Of a stretch of DNA of 64,000 bases, positions 1 through 9,640 are shown in pieces. The stretch is from the NCBI GenBank assembly GCA_019090455.1, contig JAHRWA010000010.1:211366-275365 (forward strand). The letters are read 5' to 3'. The notes beneath the pieces are model-generated. The model saw only the letters and a list, made by a program, of their open reading frames with translations, was not told the origin of the DNA and made no database searches. This DNA comes from Pseudomonadales bacterium. Its GTDB lineage: Bacteria > Pseudomonadota > Gammaproteobacteria > Pseudomonadales > DC-out160. The translations under genes and the position numbers were made by a program. The stretch's first letter is position 1; each line of letters opens with the position of its first letter.

Positions 1-369
1 CCCTTTTTCAATTAATTCAGAAAACGGGGATCGAGGGATCAATACTCGAGAATCCACATAAAAGGGAATTCCGGCAAACCAGGCTGTATTCGTCAAATAA
101 GCCAAAGGAACTCGCTGCTCCACGCGCTGCGTGACCAAATCAGTGACTTGCCTCTTCTCTTCCAGGGTTAAACGTGAATCCATAATTCTGTTATCCACAT
201 CCCAAGGCAAATGCAGTACATGGAGCACCAACGCGACAGACTCATCCCAAGCGTCGTCAGTTCCGTGACCAAGAAAAACGCCGGCTTCATTCAGTCTACT
301 GGTGGTCCAACGCAAAAAATCCCTTACAGTTTTTAAGTCATTTATGGCTGATTCGATATTAACTTGCAC
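1..369 (-). CDS. prmB: 50S ribosomal protein L3 N(5)-glutamine methyltransferase, 5' part (runs off window start)
   Basis: Manual translation from GTG at 369: ..DLKTVRDFLRWTTSRLNEAGVFLGHGTDDAWDE..RVEQRVPLAYLTNTAWFAGIPFYVDSRVLIPRSPFSELIEKG; not in the ORF track because it is truncated. Confidence 0.9.
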   Translation of the reverse strand, partial: MQVNIESAINDLKTVRDFLRWTTSRLNEAGVFLGHGTDDAWDESVALVLHVLHLPWDVDNRIMDSRLTLEEKRQVTDLVTQRVEQRVPLAYLTNTAWFAGIPFYVDSRVLIPRSPFSELIEKG

Positions 370-515
370 TCGTTGGTATCCCTTTGGGTTGGTGATGTAG
401 TGATATGATTCTGTGGATTTCTTATTATTCTACCAAAAATTCAGTTATGGTTTCATCAAGAGCGTTAGGTTGATATTATGCGCTCTTCTAAAATTAGTGA
501 TGAATTGAGTGAGTT

Positions 516-1055
516 ATGGAAAAAGCATACGCTAAGATTATCGAGGGAATAGGCGAAGATTTATCTCGACCCGGAATCGTTGACACCCCAAAACGGGCGG
601 CGAAAGCCTTTCAGTACTTGAATAGAGGCTATGAACAATCCCTTGATGCTATCGTCAATAACGCCATTTTCCCCTCAGAAATTGATGAAATGGTCATTGT
701 GAAAGACATCGAAATTTATTCTCTCTGCGAACATCATCTCCTCCCCTTTATTGGAAAATGCCATGTCGCGTATTTACCCACCGGCAAAGTCTTAGGATTA
801 TCAAAAGTCGCTCGCATCGTTGACATGTATTCCTGCCGAATGCAGATCCAAGAGAATTTAACCAAACAAATAGCTGATGCTATTGAAAGTGTCACGGAAG
901 CCGCTGGAGTGGGCGTTATCTTACAGGCACAACACATGTGCATGATGATGAGAGGTGTCGAAAAACAAAGCTCATCCATGAAAACATCCGTGATGTTAGG
1001 AAAGTTCCGCAGTAACGCGCAGACTCGCTCTGAGTTCTTGTCGCTTATTGCCTGA
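516..1055 (+). CDS. folE: GTP cyclohydrolase I
   Basis: Motifs [40 protein letters not shown]. Confidence 0.95.
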   Translation: MEKAYAKIIEGIGEDLSRPGIVDTPKRAAKAFQYLNRGYEQSLDAIVNNAIFPSEIDEMVIVKDIEIYSLCEHHLLPFIGKCHVAYLPTGKVLGLSKVARIVDMYSCRMQIQENLTKQIADAIESVTEAAGVGVILQAQHMCMMMRGVEKQSSSMKTSVMLGKFRSNAQTRSEFLSLIA

Positions 1056-1402
1056 TAGCCGTCACTCTGTATTCGTTCCGATTATTGATAAGCCAGACTT
1101 TTTAATCTGGCTTTATTCCTCCCAGCTATTTCTATTCAACTTTCACTCATTTTGTCTATCTTATTTTCTTCGACTTAACCGCTGCGCAAAAGCCATATTG
1201 GCTATACCGACCTATTGCTCTGGATCACTAATTTGTTACTCCAAGAAATTGTAGATAAATGACCCCCGGCTCTCTTCCTAACAACATTAATTCATCTATT
1301 CTTAAAGTGAACATCACACTTCTAGTGACATTTAATATATTTACGAAATTGATTTATTGACGTACTTGAACGAGCCGCTAATCAGCAACTGGAGTATCAA
1401 CT

Positions 1403-1774
1403 GTGACTAAACCCCATATTCTATGCGTCGAAGATCAATTAGTTATGCAGCGTATGATAAAAATCGCCTTGGCCAGCGACTTTGACGTCGATACAGCAGA
1501 TCACGGATTAGACGGGTTTCAAAAAGCGGTAAAGAGGAAAGACAATTATGACCTGATCATCACTGACTTAAATATGCCTGAAATGGATGGTATAACGATG
1601 ATCAAACGTTTACGAGCCCTCACTCGATTCTCCGGCGTCCCCATTCTAGTGGTCAGTACTGAATCTGAAACTTCCAAGAAAACTTCCGCGAAAGAAGCGG
1701 GCGCAAATGGCTGGATAGTGAAACCCATCGCCGCTGAAAAATTGTTAAAGGCAGCAAAAAAACTCACTCATTAG
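1403..1774 (+). CDS. Single-domain CheY-like response regulator
   Basis: Receiver motifs ILCVED, DLIITDLNMPEMDG, STES, GANGWIVKP; GTG start preceded by GGAG. Confidence 0.88.
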   Translation: MTKPHILCVEDQLVMQRMIKIALASDFDVDTADHGLDGFQKAVKRKDNYDLIITDLNMPEMDGITMIKRLRALTRFSGVPILVVSTESETSKKTSAKEAGANGWIVKPIAAEKLLKAAKKLTH

Positions 1775-1801
1775 TTTTACTGCCCTCATTCACACAAACA
1801 A

Positions 1802-2662
1802 TTAAGCCGACACATCAATTGTGGTACCTGTGGCCTCAAATGCGTTGACCTCTGCCACTTGCTGAAAACTTCGCAACCCTTCTCTTTCTTGCCGACTTAG
1901 ATCTTGAGACTCATCTCTTCGTTCCGAATCATCACTGTCATTATCTCTGCTATTGGAGGAACCAAACGTATCGACTGAAGCTGGAACGCCTTCTTCAATC
2001 TCACTTTCTGACGACACCGAATCATCGATATCACGCCTAATATCCGCATCCCGTCTCGCATCATCCCGTTCACTCAGTTTGAATTCAGACTCTACTTCAC
2101 GCTGTTCTGACTTTAATTGCTGTTTCGATTCAACTCCCTCACGGGTTTGTGCCGATACAGCACTGCGCTTCTCCTCTTGAGCCCTCTCTAGCTGTGCATC
2201 ACTATCCTGTGTTTTATTTTCGGCAACCCGAGTTTTCGCTTTGTTCTGTAATGCGTCTCCTTTGTCTAGGTTTTGTTCCACACGTTCAGACAGACTCACT
2301 TCATCCTCTTTCAGTCTCTCGGAATTATCCTCGCGTCTTTCCTGTCGGCGGAGGGTTGCATCATCTTCCTCCCGGTGTCGAGGTTCATTGACGACACCCT
2401 CTACCGGATTTGCACTGGATACCCCAGCAGCACTATCTACCACAGTTGCACTGGATGCACTATCGCTATGAAGTACTTGCTGGCTTCCAGCTAATTTTTG
2501 CCCCCCTTCCAACGTTACTAAAGATTGGGGATTGTTTGTTTGTATTGCTACCACTGTCGAAGACCCAGAATCAGGCTTTCGTTCTGCTATCCCAGAACGA
2601 TTAAAACCTGGCACTGACGCTCCCAGCGTACTTGCCATATTAATCATCGTTACTCTGCTCAC
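1802..2662 (-). CDS. Hypothetical low-complexity, highly charged protein
   Basis: 286-aa ORF rich in E/D/R/S, probably disordered or coiled-coil; ends in GTTIDVSA. Confidence 0.65.
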   Translation of the reverse strand: MSRVTMINMASTLGASVPGFNRSGIAERKPDSGSSTVVAIQTNNPQSLVTLEGGQKLAGSQQVLHSDSASSATVVDSAAGVSSANPVEGVVNEPRHREEDDATLRRQERREDNSERLKEDEVSLSERVEQNLDKGDALQNKAKTRVAENKTQDSDAQLERAQEEKRSAVSAQTREGVESKQQLKSEQREVESEFKLSERDDARRDADIRRDIDDSVSSESEIEEGVPASVDTFGSSNSRDNDSDDSERRDESQDLSRQEREGLRSFQQVAEVNAFEATGTTIDVSA

Positions 2663-3151
2663 AACTTACGACGTTGCCACTATATTACCACGCTATGCAC
2701 GATGCATTTAGACCGAGTTGTTATCAGTTGGCCACCATTAGGATGGACAGCTATAAGATGATATTGGCCAAACTAGCTAGGTTAGGAACTTAAGGGCTAA
2801 AATTTAAAAGCTGGAACTAAAAAATGATGACAAAAGGTCCAATACTTAATGACAAGCAAACCAAATCCAAAATTCTTAATGTATTATCTGAGGACTCGCG
2901 CAGGACATGATTATGAACACTAGAAAATAGGTAGTTGTGTTTAAATTGTTGCGTTTATATTATTTGGTTTCGCTATCTGTTTGATTCTATTTTTTATTTA
3001 TTTAGACTCTGAGGAAATAACAAAACAGATGACTATTGAGAGGCAGTTAATGACTCATCGAGTTAGGTATAAAACGCATCCTTTTGCAGTAATTAAGAAT
3101 AAAAAGTACGCTCGATGCGGGTATGAAGACACTTATAAATTTTCGAGCAAG

Positions 3152-3604
3152 CTACGATTCATCAATCACCTTTTTGCTGAACTCTATAATTTTCGAACAA
3201 TCCATACAGTCAATCACTTGATACTCTTCTAAATGATAATGGGGTTGGTATTTTTTTAGGTCGGCCAAGACAACAATCAACTTATCGCCGACTGTAATCG
3301 ATACCTTGCCACTTCGAGCCAGCGATCTTCCTTCTTCAATATTTCCATACACGACATCATTAAGGTTTGCCTTAATGATAACACTTGCCGATCGCGTGCC
3401 CTCCAAAATAGGATTCACCTCTTTGACGGTGACAATCGCAACTATTCCGGAATTCAATTTAACACCCGTGAGAGACTCTTTAGGAAAATTTATCATTTGT
3501 ATTTCACCTGATCCGCCAGCATGGGCTAGTCCCATAATCATTATTAAAAAAAAACTCAACCCATAGGCCAGCATTCTAAGTACTCCATTAATGCTAAGCA
3601 TCAC
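3152..3604 (-). CDS. Hypothetical exported protein
   Basis: Hydrophobic N-terminus ending AHA-G (signal-peptide like); start overlaps the upstream stop codon. Confidence 0.6.
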   Translation of the reverse strand: MMLSINGVLRMLAYGLSFFLIMIMGLAHAGGSGEIQMINFPKESLTGVKLNSGIVAIVTVKEVNPILEGTRSASVIIKANLNDVVYGNIEEGRSLARSGKVSITVGDKLIVVLADLKKYQPHYHLEEYQVIDCMDCSKIIEFSKKVIDES

Positions 3605-4158
3605 CGATCCGACAGACTTAGGTTAATATCGTGCCAATGTTCTTGGTACCCAAACACCTTGCCAGTGTTCGTATTTACCATGACTTGAATGAAATCTGCT
3701 TCAACCCAAATGCCGTGATGAAAATGATGCCATCTAACAATAAAAAAGGTGTCTTCGCCTACTTCTTGAAATTCAGCCATCACTTGTTTTGCGTCACTCG
3801 GTATCACTACCTCTTTCTCTACAACATCCAAACACGCCTTCTTCGTTAACGCCAACTTTGAAGATTGCATTAACGCATTCTGCATAAACCCCATTCTCGC
3901 TTCACTTTCAACATTATACTTTGCATCGAAACCTGTGATATTTTGATATAACCTTAATTTGTTGCGAGTGTAGGTATTTTCTACCGTCGTTGAAATTAAC
4001 TGACAAGTAAGAATTTTCTGCAAGTACAGTAAGCCATTGTCCGCCCCTTTATTATGACACCGCTTTCGCAAGCTTGACCACAATGCTTGCTCAGAAACAC
4101 TGTCCGAATCCCCTTCATATAGATCTGCAATAACTCCAACATTTATATCAAGTGTCAT
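3601..4158 (-). CDS. Hypothetical protein with C-terminal PepSY/YcdB-like domain
   Basis: FIVRWHHFHHGIWVEADFIQVMVNTNTGKVFGYQEHW resembles the YcdB/YcdC PepSY-like repeat; AAGG RBS; operon context. Confidence 0.6.
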   Translation of the reverse strand: MTLDINVGVIADLYEGDSDSVSEQALWSSLRKRCHNKGADNGLLYLQKILTCQLISTTVENTYTRNKLRLYQNITGFDAKYNVESEARMGFMQNALMQSSKLALTKKACLDVVEKEVVIPSDAKQVMAEFQEVGEDTFFIVRWHHFHHGIWVEADFIQVMVNTNTGKVFGYQEHWHDINLSLSDR

Positions 4159-4169
4159 TCAATATACCT

Positions 4170-4424
4170 TTACCTTGATTTGTGACGTCGAACAATATTC
4201 GAATTTGCCGAATCAACTGCGTACTGAACCCACATATTCCCATGCTTAAATTCAACGATCCAAGCAAGCACATCTCGTACTCTACCCGGCTTTTCAGGAT
4301 CCAGGCTCTCCGTCACTTCAATGTAACGCTGCTCCACCTTTCCGAGCAACGTGTACTTTTCATTACTATCATCCACCTTACCTTTTTCGGCAATAGAGAT
4401 AGCTTCGATTTTATCCATAAACAT
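4170..4424 (-). CDS. Small PepSY-like protein
   Basis: Pattern MDKIEAISIAEK...LAWIVEF...YAVDSANSNIV. Confidence 0.55.
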   Translation of the reverse strand: MFMDKIEAISIAEKGKVDDSNEKYTLLGKVEQRYIEVTESLDPEKPGRVRDVLAWIVEFKHGNMWVQYAVDSANSNIVRRHKSR

Positions 4425-4875
4425 TTATTCCCACAGGAACCAAATATATCATCGATCGTTTAGCAATATTAAAACCCGCTAAATACCGCGTTTGAGTCTT
4501 ATCGATATTGTAAGTTAACTCGATTACCGCATCGTCCTTCTGCCCTTGATGGCAGGGTTTCTGTATATGGACTGCAGCACTTAACCAACCCGATGCAACG
4601 CCAATTTGAATAAGGTCAGTTTCAGAAATAACAACATATTGGCAATTATCCCATTGAGCATGATCAATAAAACCTGCTACTTTTTCTTCTTTATCTAATA
4701 TGACTTCGAAATCTGATAGCGCGTACCGGACATTCATGGACACATCTAAAACTTGCCGCAATAACGTTGAGTCCCATTCTTCTACTGTACTAGCAAGACT
4801 AATGTCTAACTCTCCAGTGAATTGGGAAGCGGCTTGAGCTAATGTTTCTTTCAATACTTTCTCTTGTAACTTCAA
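4411..4875 (-). CDS. Hypothetical protein (possibly PepSY-like C-terminal half)
   Basis: 154-aa ORF with TTG start; tightly packed in the operon, 14-bp overlap with the next gene. Confidence 0.55.
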   Translation of the reverse strand: MKLQEKVLKETLAQAASQFTGELDISLASTVEEWDSTLLRQVLDVSMNVRYALSDFEVILDKEEKVAGFIDHAQWDNCQYVVISETDLIQIGVASGWLSAAVHIQKPCHQGQKDDAVIELTYNIDKTQTRYLAGFNIAKRSMIYLVPVGINVYG

Positions 4876-4895
4876 TCTAATATCCCTATTTATGA

Positions 4896-6104
4896 CTATC
4901 TAAAAAGCATTTTAATATCAGCGACAACTTCACGTACTATACTCGACAGTTCGTTTAACGCATTAATAGAGGAAATTTGCCCTGCTCCGTTTCCAAGCAA
5001 CACAGGTCTCATAGAACTATAATAAGCAGACCCAACATCAAAAAACACTTGAGAAATTCGATCTGGATCACACTTATGTGTCAAGGCCCACTTTGAATAA
5101 AATTTTCGCGCCATCGCTCTCGCAGCGTTATCCGGTATGTACATTCGAAACCCAATAAAATTCTGAGTCCCTCGATTAATGAAAGCATTCCCCAAAGAAT
5201 CCTCCCACCCTGCAACGCAAATATTGAGATATACCAAATACCTTGGCACGCTCGGCACATTTCCCACTTGACCAACTTGAGTTTCTGAAAAATCGGTTTG
5301 CCCAAGGCAGAGGACACTATTCCAAGTTCCCGTTTGATCCGCTGGCGGATTTGCGACAGTTGGATCAACGAAATGCAAATGATTACCTGCAGGATTAATT
5401 ATCGAGCCATGGCTTGCTTGGTGATAAGTATAAGAATTTCGTATTACCGACCCCCAATGAGAGACAGGAACAGTATTACTATTAAATGAACGTCGATACG
5501 CCCTATGATGGTCATTTTTTCTGAGAATTCTCGCAATTTCTCTCATTTCAGCACGAGTTGAAAGTCCATCGTTAACGTCTGCTTTTGTGTCGCTTACACA
5601 GACATGCCAATACCGAACCCTCATGGTTTCATCAGGTTTCGCATTAAAATCTTTGGGCGTCTCGAAAGAAAGACCGTTAAAGTCGACCTCCACCTTAAAA
5701 TAGAAAAAAGGTTTATCCCAAGGATCCCATGGTTTGTGCTTATCTTCAAAAATAAAGTACGGAATGCGTTTTGTTGCTGGATCAATCACTCGATTATTAA
5801 ATACAATTAAATTATCTAACGTACCGTCTTTCAACTTCGCACCAGTATGACAATGATAAATCGTGATTTTTACTTCAGTGTCATTTGGCACATTTTTTAA
5901 CTGTACATTCATTTTCGCTTTAGAACTTGCTTTTATCTTGTCCGTCGGCGGCGAACTGGGCGGAAACCGACGACCATTGGTATTCGGCGAACAAGAATGA
6001 CGGGCCCACTTAGCCGTTATCGTAGGCTCTAACTCAAGCTCTACCTCCTCAACTTCATCACTTTCAATCGGTCCAGCGACAGCAATAGATTCACCTATTT
6101 GCAT
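4896..6104 (-). CDS. CHAT-domain (caspase-like, clan CD) cysteine protease with N-terminal beta-rich domain
   Basis: CHAT motifs in order: LSTRAEMREIARIL, YTYHQASHG (H232), SVLCLG, LVYLNICVAG (C296), LGNAFINRGTQNFIG, IPDNAARAMARKFY, PVLLGNG; GGAG RBS. Confidence 0.72.
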   Translation of the reverse strand: MQIGESIAVAGPIESDEVEEVELELEPTITAKWARHSCSPNTNGRRFPPSSPPTDKIKASSKAKMNVQLKNVPNDTEVKITIYHCHTGAKLKDGTLDNLIVFNNRVIDPATKRIPYFIFEDKHKPWDPWDKPFFYFKVEVDFNGLSFETPKDFNAKPDETMRVRYWHVCVSDTKADVNDGLSTRAEMREIARILRKNDHHRAYRRSFNSNTVPVSHWGSVIRNSYTYHQASHGSIINPAGNHLHFVDPTVANPPADQTGTWNSVLCLGQTDFSETQVGQVGNVPSVPRYLVYLNICVAGWEDSLGNAFINRGTQNFIGFRMYIPDNAARAMARKFYSKWALTHKCDPDRISQVFFDVGSAYYSSMRPVLLGNGAGQISSINALNELSSIVREVVADIKMLFR

Positions 6105-6127
6105 TATTCATTCTCCAGTGATCAATT

Positions 6128-6739
6128 TCATGATTCCCCCCAGCCCTCAGCCACCGACATTTTCATACCGCTAAGCGTTTTCAAACAATTCGCAACACGC
6201 TCAGATATAATAATGACAAACGGGTACTCTGGTAAACGAAACATATCGAAGCCATGGGTAGCTTTTAGGTCAAGCGATAATGAATTCATTTGAGAAATAG
6301 TGCCAAATAAATTCTCAGCGTTATACGGCATACCCTCATCGCTATCCAACTCAACATCGCCATCATTTTCATAAATGGAATTCTCTGCATCGAGAGCATT
6401 CACGCAACCCACAACATTTAACGCAAAATACTCTTCCTCTAACTCAGACTTAGCCTTTGAGCTGCCGGTCGTTGGGTATGCTTCGAAATTTTTTACACCG
6501 GCTCGTTCCAAAGCCTGCAAAAAACGTTTATTCACAATAGGCGCATCAGCGACTTCAAAATAATCAGGTAATGCAGTACGGCTATTTTTCCCGAAAACAA
6601 CACTCAAATTTAATGGTGTTTTTGAAAACTTTTTACCCTCTATCCAATCGCTCCCAGTACTCGCGTTGTTGCTAAGTAACTCTCCAAAGATAACTGAACT
6701 ATCTTGTGATTCTAGGACATAGTACATTGCTGATTCCAT
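6128..6739 (-). CDS. Imm11 (DUF1629)-like immunity protein
   Basis: Motifs LPDYF..PIVNKRFLQALERAGV, YFALNVVGCVNALDAENS, DMFRLPE..VIIISERVANCL. Confidence 0.7.
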   Translation of the reverse strand: MESAMYYVLESQDSSVIFGELLSNNASTGSDWIEGKKFSKTPLNLSVVFGKNSRTALPDYFEVADAPIVNKRFLQALERAGVKNFEAYPTTGSSKAKSELEEEYFALNVVGCVNALDAENSIYENDGDVELDSDEGMPYNAENLFGTISQMNSLSLDLKATHGFDMFRLPEYPFVIIISERVANCLKTLSGMKMSVAEGWGES

Positions 6740-6926
6740 TAAATTTGCACAATAAAACTAAAACTCTCTCGCACATGCTAAAGTAGTCTAGCGATCACTG
6801 TAATCTAACGATAACAGTAATCTAGCCGAGAGAGGCGATCAACTATTGATTTGCCATTAAAGATGCGGAGTTCATTTTTGACGAAGAAAATATCAGCTTG
6901 GTCGAATGAAAGCGGTGGATTGTGCC

Positions 6927-7871
6927 TCAATTATATCCTTGAAGAATGCTAATCAGCCTGTACCCTGCAGATTCGAGTAAAAACAATAGGCCTTCATTCC
7001 CAGGCAAATGCAACGCTCCCACCGCAATCATTGCATTACCCTCTTTCAAGCGAACCTGCATACGATCAAACATGGTGTGATTGCGGTTCTCCACCAATTG
7101 GCGCAAAAAAAGTGTCAACACTTTGCTGTTACTGGCAGACACATATTCATTATTCAGCTGTAGTAATCCAGCTATATCTTCCGACAAATAGAGTCTCAAA
7201 GTTTCTTCTAACAGCGTATCAATGGTATCGACCTCTGCAATTGTCTCCCGTAACATTTCCACTTGATCGGCGATACTGAGTTGCTCAAAAAGATTAATTT
7301 GTTCCATAGGACTTTCTAATTGATGTACCGGTTTTTTAAGAGAAATGAAACGCTCTTGTAATATTGCATCCATCGCTATCCCTTCTGATGACTTCGGCAT
7401 AGAGAGCAACAAGGTTGCAGCCCAAGGTTTTAGTAGCGCGACCATCTGGGCATTGAAGGAAGCAGGCGTCAAACTTTCTACCACAACTTTTAACTCTTGC
7501 CCTGTGATGTAGTCACTGAGTCGCTTGCCATTTTGCAGTAACATTGTCCTTAGCATGAGTTGCTGTGAATGGGCATCAAACTTCGCTTCTAGCGTCAGGC
7601 TATCACAACTATTGATAAGACCTTTTAATGTTGAGCTAAATTGGGTAACCCGACTATCTGAGACATGCATCGTTCCCACTAAATAGCTGGCTTTCAATCC
7701 TGTCTTCTCAACCTTCCAAATAAGGCCGTGACTGAATCGGTGAATATGATTTTGCGAAAAAACCGGTTGGGAATAGCTTAGAAATAGGAATATAAAGGAA
7801 AATAGAATAACAGCAGCTACGCTAGCTCTTACGTTGACAAGGTATATTTCGAATCTCCAACGGTTATCCAT
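6927..7871 (-). CDS. TraB/GumN family protein
   Basis: LIWKVEK..SYLVGTMHV, LESPMEQ, RNHTM, AVGALHLPG; N-terminal hydrophobic segment. Confidence 0.88.
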   Translation of the reverse strand: MDNRWRFEIYLVNVRASVAAVILFSFIFLFLSYSQPVFSQNHIHRFSHGLIWKVEKTGLKASYLVGTMHVSDSRVTQFSSTLKGLINSCDSLTLEAKFDAHSQQLMLRTMLLQNGKRLSDYITGQELKVVVESLTPASFNAQMVALLKPWAATLLLSMPKSSEGIAMDAILQERFISLKKPVHQLESPMEQINLFEQLSIADQVEMLRETIAEVDTIDTLLEETLRLYLSEDIAGLLQLNNEYVSASNSKVLTLFLRQLVENRNHTMFDRMQVRLKEGNAMIAVGALHLPGNEGLLFLLESAGYRLISILQGYN

Positions 7872-7880
7872 TCGATAAAA

Positions 7881-9620
7881 TCACTCCCACACTACAGACT
7901 CTCCACTAGCGGACCATGTCTCGAATAAATCACAGTACTTTTTGTCAATGGCATTTCTCTTCAACTTCAACGTTGGCGTTAAACAACCATTACCTACCGT
8001 CCAATCTTCTTTGGTAATAACAAGGCACGTAATTCGTTCATGCTTTTCTATCTGGGAATTGACCTGCTCCAACAGACTCGATAGCTCTTTAATTAAAAGT
8101 TCCTTATACTCCGCTTTAAGAATCCGCTCCTGAGCCACTAGGGATAGATTTAGCAAACAAATAGGTTGTGATAAATTCGCTCCCGTGACGCAGACTTGCT
8201 CCACGTGGTCATGACATAGCATTTTATCTTCTATGGGAACAGGCAATACGTATTTCCCTTTTTCGGTCTTAAACAGTTCGTTCACGCGCCCCGTTATTTT
8301 TAAATTACCTGCGTTATCAATAAAACCAAAATCGCCCGTTTTAAAAAAATGATCTTCTGTAAAGACTTCTGCTGTTTTCACCGGATCTTGATAGTAACCC
8401 ACCATATTGCCTGGACTCTTAACTAACACCTCCCCCGTTTCACTTAATCGAGTGGTAACACCGGGATTACTTTTCCCCACATACCCTACCTTCTGATCGC
8501 CTTTTCGAGAACTGTGCGAGTAGGCCATATTTTCAGTCATACCGTAGACTTCGAGAATTTCAATGCCTAGACGCTTATACCACTCCAAACTATTTTGAGA
8601 GAGAGGTGCAGCCCCACTTAGCAAAAGTCGCGCCTTATCCAATCCCAGCGCCAAAAGAATTTTACGTTTGACCCAACGCGAAAAAACAGGAACACGCAGC
8701 AACCGATTTAACTTTTGCTCAGATAGGTCAGCTAACACCCCTAATTGTAATTTCGTCCAAATCCGAGGTACAGCGAAGAAAATAGTCGGCCTAGCTCTCT
8801 GAATATCCCCCCTAAAAGATTCCAATGAATCCGCAAAATACACAGGTACAGCTTCATACAAAGAAGCTAATTCCACAATAACCCGTTCAGCAACATGAGA
8901 TAGGGGCAGAAAAGATAGCATTCTGTCCTCGCCGTTGATACCGTAAAATAATGCGGCATTGCTGGCTGTTATCGCCATCCCACCAAAAGTATGAACAACG
9001 CCTTTAGGCATACCGGTGGTGCCTGAGGTGTACATAATGGTACTGACCTCATCGAGCCCTCGTATTGGACTTTCAACCATGGGGTCATTACTTAACAAAA
9101 TCTCATCCCAAGACAGAAAATCATTCTCAGGGCTCAGTGGATAAGACAAACACCGTACCTGCTCTGGCACTCCTACCCGCATAAATTCCCAATCATCCAG
9201 CTTCCCAACGAACAACACCTTACATCGGCTACCCTCTAAAACCTGATTAACTGAATCTGCTGTGAGAGTGGGATACAAAGGAACCGTAACATGTCCCGCC
9301 ATCCATATTGCTAGATCACTCAAAATCCAATGAGCACAATTTTTTGATAGAATACCAATACTAGTACCCGGTTCCAGCCTAAGTGATTTAAGGTAGCTAG
9401 CGACACGACGCACTTCATCAGCGACACGTTGCCAATGGTATTCAACGACTTTGTTGTCACCATATGGCTGCGTTAGATAGAGTTTATCCGGGCAGTTTTT
9501 TTCCCAGTAATAGAGTTTTTCTAGTGGTAGCTGTATCTCTACAGGTAGCCCAATCTGGGGCGAAAGAGTTAAGGCAGGTGAAGCGGAACTTCTTTTAGCT
9601 AGCGCTTCATTTGTAGGCAT
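7881..9620 (-). CDS. Long-chain fatty acid--CoA ligase (AMP-binding family)
   Basis: YTSGTTGMPKG, YGMTE, FKTGDFG, ITGR, LTPTLKLKR. Confidence 0.9.
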   Translation of the reverse strand: MPTNEALAKRSSASPALTLSPQIGLPVEIQLPLEKLYYWEKNCPDKLYLTQPYGDNKVVEYHWQRVADEVRRVASYLKSLRLEPGTSIGILSKNCAHWILSDLAIWMAGHVTVPLYPTLTADSVNQVLEGSRCKVLFVGKLDDWEFMRVGVPEQVRCLSYPLSPENDFLSWDEILLSNDPMVESPIRGLDEVSTIMYTSGTTGMPKGVVHTFGGMAITASNAALFYGINGEDRMLSFLPLSHVAERVIVELASLYEAVPVYFADSLESFRGDIQRARPTIFFAVPRIWTKLQLGVLADLSEQKLNRLLRVPVFSRWVKRKILLALGLDKARLLLSGAAPLSQNSLEWYKRLGIEILEVYGMTENMAYSHSSRKGDQKVGYVGKSNPGVTTRLSETGEVLVKSPGNMVGYYQDPVKTAEVFTEDHFFKTGDFGFIDNAGNLKITGRVNELFKTEKGKYVLPVPIEDKMLCHDHVEQVCVTGANLSQPICLLNLSLVAQERILKAEYKELLIKELSSLLEQVNSQIEKHERITCLVITKEDWTVGNGCLTPTLKLKRNAIDKKYCDLFETWSASGESVVWE

Positions 9621-9640
9621 TAATTTCTCTGCGGATTTGA

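Noticed and set aside
1048..1254. 68-aa ORF overlapping the folE end
   Set aside because: No recognisable motif or RBS; looks like translated AT-rich intergenic DNA.
2981..3232. 83-aa plus-strand ORF
   Set aside because: TTG start without RBS, overlaps a better-supported minus-strand gene, no motif.
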